DNA of 64,000 nt from positions 384,001 through 448,000 of the forward strand of contig CAVUZH010000018.1 of NCBI GenBank assembly GCA_963745835.1, in the 5' to 3' direction. A program made the position numbers and the translations under genes. This document shows, in pieces, positions 32,741-43,711 of the stretch. The notes under the pieces were generated by a model. The model was not told where the DNA came from, searched no databases, and saw only the letters and a program-made list of their open reading frames with translations. Origin of the DNA: an uncultured delta proteobacterium (GTDB lineage: Bacteria > Desulfobacterota > Binatia > UBA9968). Positions within the stretch are counted from its first letter, which is position 1. Each line of letters begins with the position of its first letter.

Positions 32741-32760
32741 TATTGGACCAAAGTCCAATT
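32741..32760. promoter_or_regulatory. Palindromic operator site 6 (TATTGGACCAAAGTCCAATT)
   Basis: Upstream of the fdh operon; TG-A-TATTGC with TA 21 nt downstream. Confidence 0.85.
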
Positions 32761-32954
32761 CCTGATATCTTCCCGTTCTGATATTGCAATTACGAATCAA
32801 GGCGATCTTGCCACTGCTGGGATCAACCGTTCGACAATCTGCGCATTTTGCTCCGTCATTGCCTGCGGCGATACGAAACCACCGCTGGACGGGCTCGATC
32901 TGCTGCTAAATCACGGGGACCCCAAGAGGTCGGCTAGCCCGTGTAGAGGGAAAA

Positions 32955-35900
32955 ATGAAAACCGAACATGAAGATGAGAAAAGACCGGACGACGAAGAGG
33001 GCGCGGCCAACCCGGTCTCTCTAAAGTCGACACGCCGCCAGTTTCTTAAAGGATTGACAACCGGCACGGTGGCGATCGGCGCGTTGACGCAGTCCGGTTG
33101 CGCTCCGGCGATCCCGCCGCTCAAGACCCGCGGCGCAACGGAAACGAGGACGGTCTGCCCTTTTTGCGGCGTCGGCTGCGGTCAGGTCGTCGCGACGCGC
33201 GAGGGCAAGGTCATCAACATCGAGGGCGATCCCGCCCACCCGATCAGCGAAGGCACGTTGTGCAGCAAGGGAGCTTCGGCGATCCAGGTGGTGAACAACT
33301 CGCGGCGCTTGCAGAAGGTTCTCTACCGAGCTCCGGGCGCGAAAGCGTGGGAGGAAAAAAGTTGGGATTGGGCGCTGGAGCGGATCGCCGCGCGAGTCAA
33401 AGAAACCCGCGATAAAACGTTCAAGACGAATCAGTGAGAAGGGCGCGTGGTAAATCGCACCGAGGCGATTGCTTGTCTCGGCGGTTCGGCGCTGGACAAC
33501 GAGGAGGCTTATCTCCTCGTGAAACTGATGAGGGCGCTTGGCCTGGTGTACGTCGAACACCAGGCCCGGCTCTGACACAGCTCCTCGGTCGCCGGTCTGG
33601 CGGCCTCATTCGGCAGAGGGGCGATGACCAATCACTGGATCGACATGCTGAACGCCAACGTCGTCCTGATCATGGGCGGAAACCCGGCGGAAGATCACCC
33701 GATCGCGATGAACTGGCTGGCGCGCGCCAAGGAGCGCGGCACCTATATCCTGCACGTCGACCCGCGTTTCAATCGCACCAGCTCGATAGCGGACGTGTTC
33801 GCCAAACTGCGCTCGGGAACCGACATCGCTTTCGTCGGCGGCATGATCAACTACGCCATCGAGCATAACCGCATTCAGGAGGAGTCCGTGCGCGAGTACA
33901 CCAACGCCTCCTGGATCGTCGGCGACGGCTACAGCTTCACGGACGGGCTGTTTGCCGGCTACGATCCCAAAACCAGACGCTACGATAAATCCCAGTGGAC
34001 CTACGCGCAGGACGGGCAGGGACGGCCGCGGCGCGATCCCACGCTCAAACATCCCCGTTGCGTGTTTCAACTATTGAAGCAGCACTTCTCGCGCTACGAC
34101 GCCGACGCGGTGTGCCGGATCACGGGCACGCCGAAAGAAAACTACCTGCGGGTTTGCGATCTCTATACCGGGACCTATGCTCCCGACCGCGCCGGCACTT
34201 GGCTGTATGCCATGGGGACGGCGCAGCACAGCCACGGCACGCAGAACATTCGCTCTTACTCCATCCTGCAACTACTGCTCGGTAACATCGGGGTCGCCGG
34301 CGGCGGCGTCAACGCCATGCGCGGCGAATCCAACGTGCAGGGCTCCACGGATCAGGGGCTGAACTACGACGGCTTGCCTGGATACCTGCGGCTTCCGGTC
34401 GAGGCTGATGCAGATTTGAAAACCTATCTCTCACGGGTGACGCCGATCAGCCACGATCCTGGCAACAGCGCCAACTGGCTGCAGAACACGCCGAAGTATG
34501 TTGTGAGTTTGCTGAAGGCGTGGTGGGGAGAGCAGGCCAGCAGCGAGAATGAATTTGCTTTTAATTACCTGCCGAAGCTTGGCGCCGGATTTGAGGGACA
34601 GGGTTACGCTTTCCTCGCGCTTACCCACGCCATGCTGGCCGGCGAAGTGAAAGGACTTTTCTGCTTCGGTCAGAACCCAGCGGTGGGTGGCGCCAACGCG
34701 CGCTTGATACGCGCCGGACTGGACAAGCTCGATTGGATGGTGGTCGCCGACTTGTTCGAGCATGAGACCGCGAGCTTCTGGAAGCGGCCGGGCGCCGATC
34801 CGGCGCGGATCCCCACAGAAGTTTTCGTTCTACCCGCCACCTCCGGCGTCGAGAAAGAGGGCAGCATCGTCAACAGCGGCCGCTGGGTGCAGTGGCGCTA
34901 CCAGGCGATCAAGCCCATCGCCAATTGTCGCCCCGACCTCGATATCGTCGACGGCCTCGCCAAGGCCATGAAGCGCGCCTACGAAAAAGACGGAGTATTC
35001 CCGGAGCCAATCCGCCATCTCGCGTGGGACTATGGAGATCACGCGGATCCTCATCGAGTTGCCCGCGAATTGAACGGACGTTTCCTGGTCGACGTCACGG
35101 AAAAAGATGGCAAGACCTTCGCGGCCGGCAAGCAGGTGCCGGGCTTCACGCAACTGCGCGACGACGGCAGCACCATGTCGGGCAACTGGATTTATTGTGG
35201 CGGCTACACGGAAGAGGGCAACCTGGCCGCGCGCCGCGAGATGACCGATGCGCCGAACGGTATTCAGCTCTATCCGAACTGGGCCTGGGTGTGGCCGATG
35301 AATCGCCGCATTCTCTACAACCGCGCCTCGGTCAATCGTAAAGGGGAGCCGTTTAATCCACGCAAATGGGTGATCCGTTGGGACGCTGAAAATAAAAAAT
35401 GGGAAGGCGATGTTCCCGATGGCGCCATGCCGCCGGGCGAGACCAATCCCTTTATCATGCTGGCGTCCGGGGTTGGCCAGCTCTACTCGCCGGACCTGGC
35501 CGATGGTCCCTTTCCAGAGCATTACGAGCCGGTGGAGAGTCCGGTTAAAAATCCATTCTCAAAAATCCAGTCGAGTCCGTGCGCGCAGATTTGGCATTCC
35601 AGCGAATTCGATCGCTACGGCAAACCCGATGTTTTCCCGATCGTCGCCACGACCTATCGAGTTTCCGAACACTGGCAGACCGGCGCGATGAGCCGCAACA
35701 TGCCATGGCTCGCGGGCCTCGTTCCGAGCGCCTTCGTTGAAATCGGCTCGGCGTTGGCCAAGCGTGAAGGGATCAAGAACGGCGATCGCGTGATTGTGAG
35801 CAGCGCGCGAGGTTCCGTCGAGGTTTACGCGTCTGGTCACCGAACGCTTCCAACCGTTTTTTATCGAGGGACAGAATGTCGACGAGATCGGCCTGCCGTG

Positions 35901-36039
35901 GCATTGGGGCTATGCGGGCATCGTACCTGGCGACATCGTCAATGATCTCACCGCCAGCGTCGGCGATCCCAACTCGTACATTCCCGAGAGCAAGGTGTTC
36001 CTCTGCAATATCAAGAAAAAGGACCGCGCATCAGCTTAG
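32955..36039 (+). CDS. fdnG: Selenocysteine formate dehydrogenase alpha subunit (FdnG/FdoG type, Tat-exported); Sec UGA at 33573, extra in-frame UGA at 33435, frameshift near 35832
   Basis: STRRQFLK Tat motif; CPFCGVGC...C Fe-S motif; HQARL-U-HSS; GRGAMTNHW; RGESNVQG; C-terminus GDPNSYIPESK. Confidence 0.9.
33587..33605 (+). promoter_or_regulatory. Bacterial SECIS hairpin
   Basis: GGTCGCC-GGTCT-GGCGGCC begins after an 11-nt spacer following the UGA at 33573-33575, with a GU-containing loop. Confidence 0.8.
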
Positions 36040-36068
36040 CGCAGCCGGAAAGAATCGGAACAGATGAC

Positions 36069-36159
36069 TCACCACGAAGGACACAAAGATCACGAAGGGA
36101 AGAAGAAAGTTAATAAATCTCTTCTCCGAACTTCGTGTCCTTCGTACGCTTCGTGGTGA
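36069..36159. repeat. Intergenic palindromic REP-like element
   Basis: TCACCACGAAGGACACAAAG ... CTTCGTGTCCTTCGT..CTTCGTGGTGA inverted arms. Confidence 0.7.
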
Positions 36160-36204
36160 ATTCAGGCCCAGAAAATTTGCTGTAACACGAAAAAGGACGC
36201 GTAA

Positions 36205-37014
36205 ATGAGCACACCGACAGTGAAGCCGAAAGCGATGATTCAGGACAATACCCGGTGCATCGGCTGCCGGGCGTGCATGGTCGCGTGCAAATCGTGGAAC
36301 GACCGGCCGGAGGACAAGACCGATTTCTTCGCCGGCGAGGGTTACCAGAACCCGCGCGATCTCGACGCCAACAACTACAACCTGATTACTTTCAACGAGA
36401 TCGTTACCGGCGCCCAGCCCGATTGGGTATTCGGGCGCCAGCTGTGCATGCACTGCGAACAGCCAGCCTGCGCCTCGGCGTGCCCGACTAACGCGATGTT
36501 CAAAACGGATCTCGGCCCCGTCGTGTTCGACGAGTCGCGCTGCATCGGTTGCCGCGCATGCATGCAGGCATGCCCATTCATCATTCCGAAATATGACTAC
36601 GAGAGCTTCGCGCCGAAGATCCACAAATGCACCTTCTGCGCGGATCGCTTGGAAGTTGGACTCGAACCGGCATGCGCGAAGGTATGTCCGACAGGCGCGA
36701 TCACCTTCGGGGATCGCGACGATATGGTTGCCGAAGCGAAGCAGCGGATCGCGGCGGCCCCGGGGACTTACATTCCAGAGATTTACGGCCTCGAAGAAGT
36801 TGGCGGCACCAGCGTACTGCACCTGTCATCCGTGCCGTTCGAACAGATCGGTTACATTACCGGCTTGCCGAAAACGCCGATGCCGGACCTCACGCACCGA
36901 TGGCTGCGCGTCACGGCGCCGGTGTTTGCTGTGTTGTACGGGGTGTTTGGCGCGCTCAACTGGATCGTGCGCCGGCGCATGCGCAACCAAGGCCACGACG
37001 GAGAGCACACATGA
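36205..37014 (+). CDS. FDH beta / HybA-like 4x[4Fe-4S] subunit with C-terminal TM
   Basis: CIGCRACMVAC, CMHCEQPACASACP, CIGCRACMQACP, KCTFC. Confidence 0.9.
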   Translation: MSTPTVKPKAMIQDNTRCIGCRACMVACKSWNDRPEDKTDFFAGEGYQNPRDLDANNYNLITFNEIVTGAQPDWVFGRQLCMHCEQPACASACPTNAMFKTDLGPVVFDESRCIGCRACMQACPFIIPKYDYESFAPKIHKCTFCADRLEVGLEPACAKVCPTGAITFGDRDDMVAEAKQRIAAAPGTYIPEIYGLEEVGGTSVLHLSSVPFEQIGYITGLPKTPMPDLTHRWLRVTAPVFAVLYGVFGALNWIVRRRMRNQGHDGEHT

Positions 37015-38192
37015 ACTGGCGCATCCGGCTTACCTGGTGGGATAAATTGCTGCTGGTGATTATGGCGGTGGCAGCCATTGTCGGCTTTGTGCGGTTCGCG
37101 ACCGGCATAGGCACCATCGCCAATATCAACAATGCCTACCCATGGGGCTGGTGGGTCGGTTACGGCATCATGACGATGATCGCCATCGGAGGCGTCGGCT
37201 TCACGATGACGGCGCTCGTGGAGATCCTGGGCGTGCATCGCTACCACTCGTTCCTGCGTCCCGCCGTGCTCATGGGCCTACTCTGCTACATCAGCGCCAT
37301 CACCATGCTCATGGTGGAGCTTGGCCGGCCGTGGAAAGTTTGGCTGGTGCTGGTGTCCTGGGCGCCGACCTCGGCGCTGTACGAAGTCGGCTGGTGCGCG
37401 TTTTTGTATCTCACTGTGCTCGCTTTGGAATTCGCGCGGGTTCCGCTCGAGCAGGCTGGCTGGCAGCGCGCGTTTCGCATCGTGAGCGCGATTTACATTC
37501 CGATCATGCTCCTCGGCGTCACCCTCTCGCACCTGCATCAGTCCTCGCTCGGCACTTTGATGACTCTGATCCCGCACAAGGTGAACGAACTGTGGTGGTC
37601 GGATAATTTGCCATTGCTCTATCTCTTCTCCGCCATGATGGCCGGACCGGCAATGGCGATCCTCGAGCATCTTGCCGCGGCGCGTTGGCTCGGCTTCGAG
37701 CCGCGCATGAATCTGCTCGCCGGCCTCGCGCGCATCGAAGCCTGGCTCGTCGGCCTCTTCCTCGCCTTTCAGATGGGCGATCTTTTCTACCGCGGCGCCG
37801 CCGACGCGATGTTGAGCGCATCGTGGTTCGCCGTGTCTTTCTGGGTCGAAATCGGTTTGGGCTTGCTGCTGCCGCTCGCTCTGCTGCTGATGCCCGAGGT
37901 GCGCGAAAGCCGGCGCGGCCTCGCCACCGCGTGCAGCTTGATAATAGCCGGCGTATTACTGCACCGGCTGAACGTGGCCGTGATCGGTCTGCGCGTCCGG
38001 CACTGGGAAACCTACGTGCCTTCCATGGGAGAAATCGCAATCACATTGGGCATCACTGCGGCGGCCCTATTTGTCTTCGGCTGGCTGGCGCGCGTCCTGC
38101 CGATCCACGAAGAGTTGCCGCCGCCGCACACTGCTCGTCGTCTTTCTGCTCAACCAGCCGGCGTATTGCGAGGAGCCGAAGGAGTATCGTGA
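37011..38192 (+). CDS. NrfD/HybB-family membrane anchor (quinone-interacting)
   Basis: YPWGWW, ELGRPW, SALYEVGWC, LSHLHQSSLG, HRLNV; ATGA overlap with the upstream gene. Confidence 0.88.
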   Translation: MNWRIRLTWWDKLLLVIMAVAAIVGFVRFATGIGTIANINNAYPWGWWVGYGIMTMIAIGGVGFTMTALVEILGVHRYHSFLRPAVLMGLLCYISAITMLMVELGRPWKVWLVLVSWAPTSALYEVGWCAFLYLTVLALEFARVPLEQAGWQRAFRIVSAIYIPIMLLGVTLSHLHQSSLGTLMTLIPHKVNELWWSDNLPLLYLFSAMMAGPAMAILEHLAAARWLGFEPRMNLLAGLARIEAWLVGLFLAFQMGDLFYRGAADAMLSASWFAVSFWVEIGLGLLLPLALLLMPEVRESRRGLATACSLIIAGVLLHRLNVAVIGLRVRHWETYVPSMGEIAITLGITAAALFVFGWLARVLPIHEELPPPHTARRLSAQPAGVLRGAEGVS

Positions 38193-38193
38193 C

Positions 38194-38774
38194 ATGACGA
38201 CGGAACGACCAGAATCCCGAAATTTAGGTTTTCGCGTCTTCGTGTTTCTGGCAGTGCTCGCCAACCTGATCCTCACCATCGCTCTGATCTCTCAGGTACG
38301 AGAGGTTCAGCAGCGGGTCGAGAACCTGCCGCCGGATCTAGCCAGCAAACGCGATGTCGCCGCGCTCCGCCCGCTGCAGGGTGCGCCAGATTCTGACGCA
38401 GAATTGCGTCGAGTGTCACAGCACGCGCCGACTTGGAACAACTGTCTCCATGGAGCCGGCGGAAATACAGCGCACCATCGAGCATTTGCCAAGCCACACG
38501 TCGGTTAACATCCCAAAAGAAGAAATGGAACGCATCACCGCTTCTCTTCTAATTGCCCGCTGCGCGCGGTGCCATGGCGAGGAGACGCTAAATCTTGATG
38601 GTGCTCAAGACGCCGCCCGAGCGCGTCGCGACAATCCGCCGGATGGCGGCGCTCCCCGGCTCGGGCGTGCGAGCGGATCAGGTACTCGCCACCGCGCAAG
38701 CGTTTGAGAAGATCATCGAGCGAGGCGATACAGATACTAACCGTCAGCAGTCGGCAGCTCAGGCGTCCCGTTAG
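38194..38774 (+). CDS. Membrane-anchored diheme c-type cytochrome; frameshifts near 38378 and 38595
   Basis: N-terminal TM; CVECH and CARCH in the continuing frame; GGAG RBS. Confidence 0.7.
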
Positions 38775-38797
38775 TCAGAAGCTTTTTTAGACAGCGC

Positions 38798-39013
38798 TTG
38801 CCAAGCCACACGGCGATCAACATCGCGCAAGATCAATTGGAATCTATCAGGTTCCCTTCTGTTGCCCGCTGCGCGCGTTGCGGCGAGGACAGGCTAAATC
38901 TTATGATGCTCAAGACAGTGGCCGAGCGCATCGCGACAATCGCGCGGGCTCCCCGGCTCGGCGTGCGAGCGGATCAGGTACTCGCCACCGCGTGGGCTTT
39001 TGACAAACTGATT
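38798..39013 (+). pseudogene. Decayed duplicate of the 3' half of the diheme cytochrome gene
   Basis: Aligns to ~38486..38716; CARCH degraded to CARCG; internal deletions. Confidence 0.75.
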
Positions 39014-39243
39014 CATGAAACGGGTGGCGGCGGAGCGAGTAGTGCGAACTTGAGCAGCTACATGATAAACAGTTGTGCTGCCAAATCACGGAGCGATAGT
39101 TCCTCATAAGCTCGGCCCCAGTGAAACTGAAGGCGCGGCGAGGTATTCGATCTCAATATCAATATCAATCTGAAGAAACGCTAGGCCGCGGCTCGATGTA
39201 TGAAACGAATGGATGCAATGTCAGGCAGAAAGGAGCCTTTCGC

Positions 39244-39900
39244 GTGAAGGCAATTATTTGTCTGATTGCCGCAGCATTGTTCAGCGCCTGCGCTACGGTT
39301 TCTCCGCGCGATGCGATGCAGGTAGATGTTGATCAAGCAGCGGCCATCATCGAACGGTTTGAGGCGATCCCGGAGAAAGAAATTCCGCCCGCCGTCATGC
39401 GCGGAGCCAGGGGTGTGGCGATTCTTACCGTCACAAGGGCCGGGTTTATTGGTAGTGCCAGGGGCGGTACTGGAGTTGTCGTTGCGCGGACGGAAAAAGG
39501 TTGGAGCGCCCCTTCCGCGATCGGTCTGGGGGGAGTTGGCGTCGGTTTTCAAGCTGGGGTCGAGATCACCGAATTCGTTATTGTCCTCAACACTCCGGCT
39601 GCTGTTGATGCATTTGCCAAGCAGGGCAACGTCATGCTTGGAGGCAACCTCAGTGCGGCGGCAGGCCCTCTAGGACGCACGGCCGAGGCCGGCGTAGCTT
39701 TGCAGGCAACGATGTACAGTTATAGCCGGAGTCAGGGACTATTTGCCGGCATTTCCCTCGAGGGTACCGTCCTAAATACGCGAGATGACGCGAACACCGC
39801 CTATTACGGCAAGCTAGTTACGGCGGGAGAGATTCTTAGCGGCGGAGTACAACCGCCTGCGGGCACGCGGAATTTACTGACCGCTTTATCCAAATATTGA
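39244..39900 (+). CDS. SYLF/Ysc84 lipid-binding lipoprotein, copy 1
   Basis: FSAC lipobox; AGFIG..GGTG, WSAPS, GFQAG, YSRSQGLFAGISLEG. Confidence 0.88.
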   Translation: MKAIICLIAAALFSACATVSPRDAMQVDVDQAAAIIERFEAIPEKEIPPAVMRGARGVAILTVTRAGFIGSARGGTGVVVARTEKGWSAPSAIGLGGVGVGFQAGVEITEFVIVLNTPAAVDAFAKQGNVMLGGNLSAAAGPLGRTAEAGVALQATMYSYSRSQGLFAGISLEGTVLNTRDDANTAYYGKLVTAGEILSGGVQPPAGTRNLLTALSKY

Positions 39901-40115
39901 GGCAAGCGGAATATGCGGTCTAGTTGCGAGGGAGCTCATCGAGCTCATGATGAGCATACCCTTCCGCATGTATCCCTACACGATTTTCAATGCTATAAGA
40001 GGGCTAATAGCCCGAGTAAGTTTCCAAGTGCCGCGCAGAGTCGACAGAAGCGCAGTATCAGGGGACTGAATCGAACGAATGGATGCAATGTCAGGCAGAA
40101 AGGAGCCTTATTAAC

Positions 40116-40776
40116 ATGAAGATAATTATTTCTGTGATCGCTGCAGCATTGTTGAGCGCGTGCGCTACGCAGCTTTCTACGCGCGAATCAATGCAGGCAG
40201 ATATTGATCAAGCAGCGGCCATCATTGAACGATTTGAGGCGATGCCGGAGAAAGCAATTCCACCCGTCGGTCATAAAGGCAGCCAGGGGTTTGGCGATTC
40301 TTACCGTCACAAGGGCCGGGTTTATTGGTAGTGCCAGGGGCGGTACTGGAGTTGTCGTTGCGCGGACGGAAAAAGGTTGGAGCGCCCCCTCGGCGATCGG
40401 TACGGGGGGAGTTGGCGTCGGTTTTCAAGCCGGGGTCGACGTCACCGAGTTCGTTATTGTCCTCAACACTCCGGCTGCTGTTGAGGCGTTTGCCAAGCAG
40501 GGCAACGCCACGCTTGGCGGCAACCTCAGTGCGGCGGCAGGTCCTGTCGGACGCTCTGCCGAGGCCGGCGTAGGTTTGCAGGCAGCGACGTACAGTTATA
40601 GCCGGAGTCAGGGACTATTTGCCGGCGTTTCCCTCGAGGGCACCGGCATCAGTACGCGAGATGAAGCCAACGCCGCGTATTACGGTAAGCCGGTTACGGC
40701 GGGAGAGATTCTTAGCGGCAAAGTACCGCCGCCTGCGGGCACGCGGAACTTAACGGCCGCTCTATCCAAATATTGA
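40116..40776 (+). CDS. SYLF/Ysc84 lipid-binding lipoprotein, copy 2; frameshift near 40263
   Basis: Near-identical to copy 1, including leader and downstream intergenic DNA. Confidence 0.85.
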
Positions 40777-40921
40777 TGCAAGCGGGATCGTGCGGTGGGG
40801 TTGCGAGCGAGCTCATAATGAGCGCGTAAAGTGTCCCTTCCGCATGCATCCCTGCACGATTTCAATGCTATAAGCCGACTACATAGTCCGAGTAAATTTC
40901 CAACTGCTTGCTAGTGAGGGG

Positions 40922-40988
40922 CTGCCCGGCTCGGGCGTGCGGGCCGGATCAGGTACTCGCCACCGCGCAAGCGTTCGAGAAGCTGATT
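40922..40988 (+). repeat. Copy of the diheme cytochrome gene 3' end
   Basis: CCCGGCTCGGGCGTGCG..GGATCAGGTACTCGCCACCGCGCAAGCGTT.GAGAAG matches 38651-38716. Confidence 0.8.
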
Positions 40989-41253
40989 GATGAGGGTGAC
41001 CCTGGCGGACGGAATAAATCTACGACTAGTTCAGCCGCGCCGATAGCAAAACCGTAGAAGTCGATAAGGAGCAATACCATGAATCGAAATCGATGTTTGC
41101 TGGGATTGCTGGATCAAAAGACTCGAAAACGCCCGTGATTGAGTACAGCGATGGTCAAAGGCATTGGCCTGTTTGGCGGGCGGATTTTGGCCGTGCTTTG
41201 CTCGCAGAGCGTGGAAATTATTATAGGCGCTCGTAAGGAACGAAGGGAAAACT

Positions 41254-42561
41254 ATGAACTCGTTCAAATTAGCGTCAGTCGCGATAAGCATCGCAAACCT
41301 ATGCGCATCTGTCGCTCTAGCGGGTGAGCCAGCAAGCATTAACTGGGATAGTGTTCCCACGAAAACGATCACTCTCTTCTATCCGGCACAATCCACTTAT
41401 CAATGGATACGCGGTTCTGCTCACCCGGGAGCAGCAGGCGTGAACGGTGAAGTCGCCTGTTTGACGTGCCACAAAGGAGCCGAAGAGAAACTTGGCAATA
41501 AGCTGGTCGCGGCAAACCCGTTGGAACCCACGCCTGTGGCCGGTAAAAACGGCGTCATCCAGCTAAATCTCCAAATCGCTTATGACAACGCGAACGCTTA
41601 TTTCCGCGCGCAGTGGAGGACCAGAAATCCGCATCCAGGCGAAGCCCATCAGTTTGTGCGCTTCGATGGCAAGGAATGGAAAACCTACGGTTTTCCCAAG
41701 CTGGATCGCGTTGTCCAAAAGGGCGAGCAGCCGGGAATTTATGAAGATCGTTTTTCGATCATAATCGATGACGGGGGAGTGCCGGCTTTTGCGAACCACG
41801 GTTGCTGGCTTACGTGCCATGATGGCCAACGGGATAATCCGAAACCTGCGAACAGAGCGCAAGTGGAGGCGAATCCATTGTATCAGGCGTTGAAACAGAG
41901 CGATGTCCGCAAATACCTGCCCTCGACGCGCACAGACGAGAACGCATCCTGGGATAAGGGCAAAAGCCCCGAGGAGATCGCCAAAATCAAAGCGGCCGGA
42001 GGCTTTCTCGAATTAATGCAGTGGCGCGCCCACCGCTCAAATCCCGTCGGCATGGCCGATGACGGCTATGTGCTCGAATATCGCTTGAGCGATGACGGCG
42101 GCAACCCGTTCGGATCCAATGTGGACCCAAAAACACATCAGCCGAGATTTATGTACGACGAGAAGAAGGTCGGGAAAAAGGCGCTCAGGGCAGAAGACAT
42201 CCGCAAGAACCCCACAGCACTCATCCGCGACCAGAACGCGGTGCCCTTTGATCCGAATGCCGGATGGAAGGATGGCGATCTCATTCCCGAGTACGTGCTC
42301 AACAGGGAAGGCGCCAAGGGGTCGGGAGCCGATAACAAAAACGTCAACGGCGTTTGGAATAACGGGATGTGGACTGTCGTGTGGTTGCGTCCGCTGCAAC
42401 TCACCAATCCGGACGACAAGGCTTTGGTTGAAGGAAAGGTCTACAACTTCTCCTTCGCGATTCATGACGACAACATTACGACTCGAGGACATCATGTATC
42501 ATTCCCGGTCACAGTCGGTTTCGGCGCGAAGGCCGATATCGAAGCGACCAAGCTCAAATGA
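41254..42561 (+). CDS. Secreted ethylbenzene-dehydrogenase-gamma-like (EB_dh) heme-binding protein with c-type motifs
   Basis: Signal peptide; CLTCH; YEDR; GCWLTCH; QWRAHRS; W..G.WTV..R.L; FAIHDD..RGHHVS. Confidence 0.75.
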   Translation: MNSFKLASVAISIANLCASVALAGEPASINWDSVPTKTITLFYPAQSTYQWIRGSAHPGAAGVNGEVACLTCHKGAEEKLGNKLVAANPLEPTPVAGKNGVIQLNLQIAYDNANAYFRAQWRTRNPHPGEAHQFVRFDGKEWKTYGFPKLDRVVQKGEQPGIYEDRFSIIIDDGGVPAFANHGCWLTCHDGQRDNPKPANRAQVEANPLYQALKQSDVRKYLPSTRTDENASWDKGKSPEEIAKIKAAGGFLELMQWRAHRSNPVGMADDGYVLEYRLSDDGGNPFGSNVDPKTHQPRFMYDEKKVGKKALRAEDIRKNPTALIRDQNAVPFDPNAGWKDGDLIPEYVLNREGAKGSGADNKNVNGVWNNGMWTVVWLRPLQLTNPDDKALVEGKVYNFSFAIHDDNITTRGHHVSFPVTVGFGAKADIEATKLK

Positions 42562-42796
42562 GTGCTTGAGGGGTGTCGAGCGCTACACGCGTCCAGATTA
42601 ATGCGCACAAACCGTAGATTTAGGTACGAGTTTGCCGATGATCGAAGCGCTGCGCGTTCAAGCAGCAGCATGTGTTTGGGATGTACCGTAGCGATGGATT
42701 ATCCGACGATTAAAAACCAGTGGCATGAATTGCGCGCGCGGTTTGATTGAAGTTTGTCTTCGGGTACAGAACTACGATTCGAAGGAAATGAGCCAT

Positions 42797-43398
42797 TGGC
42801 GGACCACGCCGTTACGATTCTCATTATTCTGAGCGTTGTTCTTATCGGTTTGCTGATCGTTCGGCCCTCGCTTACCGCGGTAACCGGCGGCAAGATTCTT
42901 GCTTTTATTGCGCTGTTTATTTTGCCGATCACCGCGCTGGCTTTGGGCTCGGCGGTTCATCTCAAAGAGGCCACATCCACCAGCTTCTGTCTATCCTGCC
43001 ACCCGATGGAGGCCTACGGAAAAAGTCTGCGCATTGACGATTCGACCTATATTCCCGCATTCCACTTCCAAAACAATCTCATTTCGCGAAGTGAAGCTTG
43101 TTTTACCTGTCACACCAACTACGCGATGTTCGGCGGCTTAAAGGCCAAGATCGGCGGCCTCAAGCATCTCTACATCTACTACTTCGGGACGGTACCGGCG
43201 AAGCTCGCTCTTTATGAGCCTTACAACAATCGTGAATGCCTGCACTGCCATACTGGCGCGAGATCTTTTGAAGAAACATCTCCTCACAAAGAAATGAGCG
43301 AGCAGCTGGGCACCAATGACATGTCGTGTCTGACCTGTCATAACAAGATCCATGACGCTGGGCAGGCGGACAAGATGAAGCTGTGGAAAGGACCGTGA
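42797..43398 (+). CDS. NapC/NirT-family tetraheme membrane cytochrome c
   Basis: Two N-terminal TMs; TSFCLSCHPM, CFTCH, CLHCH, CLTCH; start approximate. Confidence 0.8.
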
Positions 43399-43613
43399 TC
43401 GTGGCCGAGAATACCTCTCCATTGCAGAGTAGGCTGAAGATCGCTGCTTACCTGCTGATCGCCGGGCTGCTGGTGGAAGTCGTAACGCTCTACTGGTCCA
43501 GCCCGCTGAGTTTCATGCTTTTCATCGGCCTCGGCGGAACTCTCATCTGTTTGGGCATTATCGTTTACCTCACGGCCATCGTTGGCCACACCAACCAGCG
43601 AAACGCGATATAG
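43395..43613 (+). CDS. Small two-TM membrane protein
   Basis: Overlaps the NapC-like stop; two hydrophobic helices. Confidence 0.65.
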   Translation: MIVAENTSPLQSRLKIAAYLLIAGLLVEVVTLYWSSPLSFMLFIGLGGTLICLGIIVYLTAIVGHTNQRNAI

Positions 43614-43711
43614 GTCGCAATGGCCGATCGGTTTTCTCGGCGTGTACCCGAATCCGGTGCTAATTAGCAGGAGAAATTTAAGACAGCGAAGTCTGAATGA
43701 GGAGAAGAACA

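Noticed and set aside
41186-41202. Sigma54-like TTGGCCGTGCTTTGCT before the EB_dh gene (similar weak matches near 42721 and 21405)
   Set aside because: GG-to-GC spacing is 9 instead of 10, or the -12 element is poor; could be revisited after polishing.
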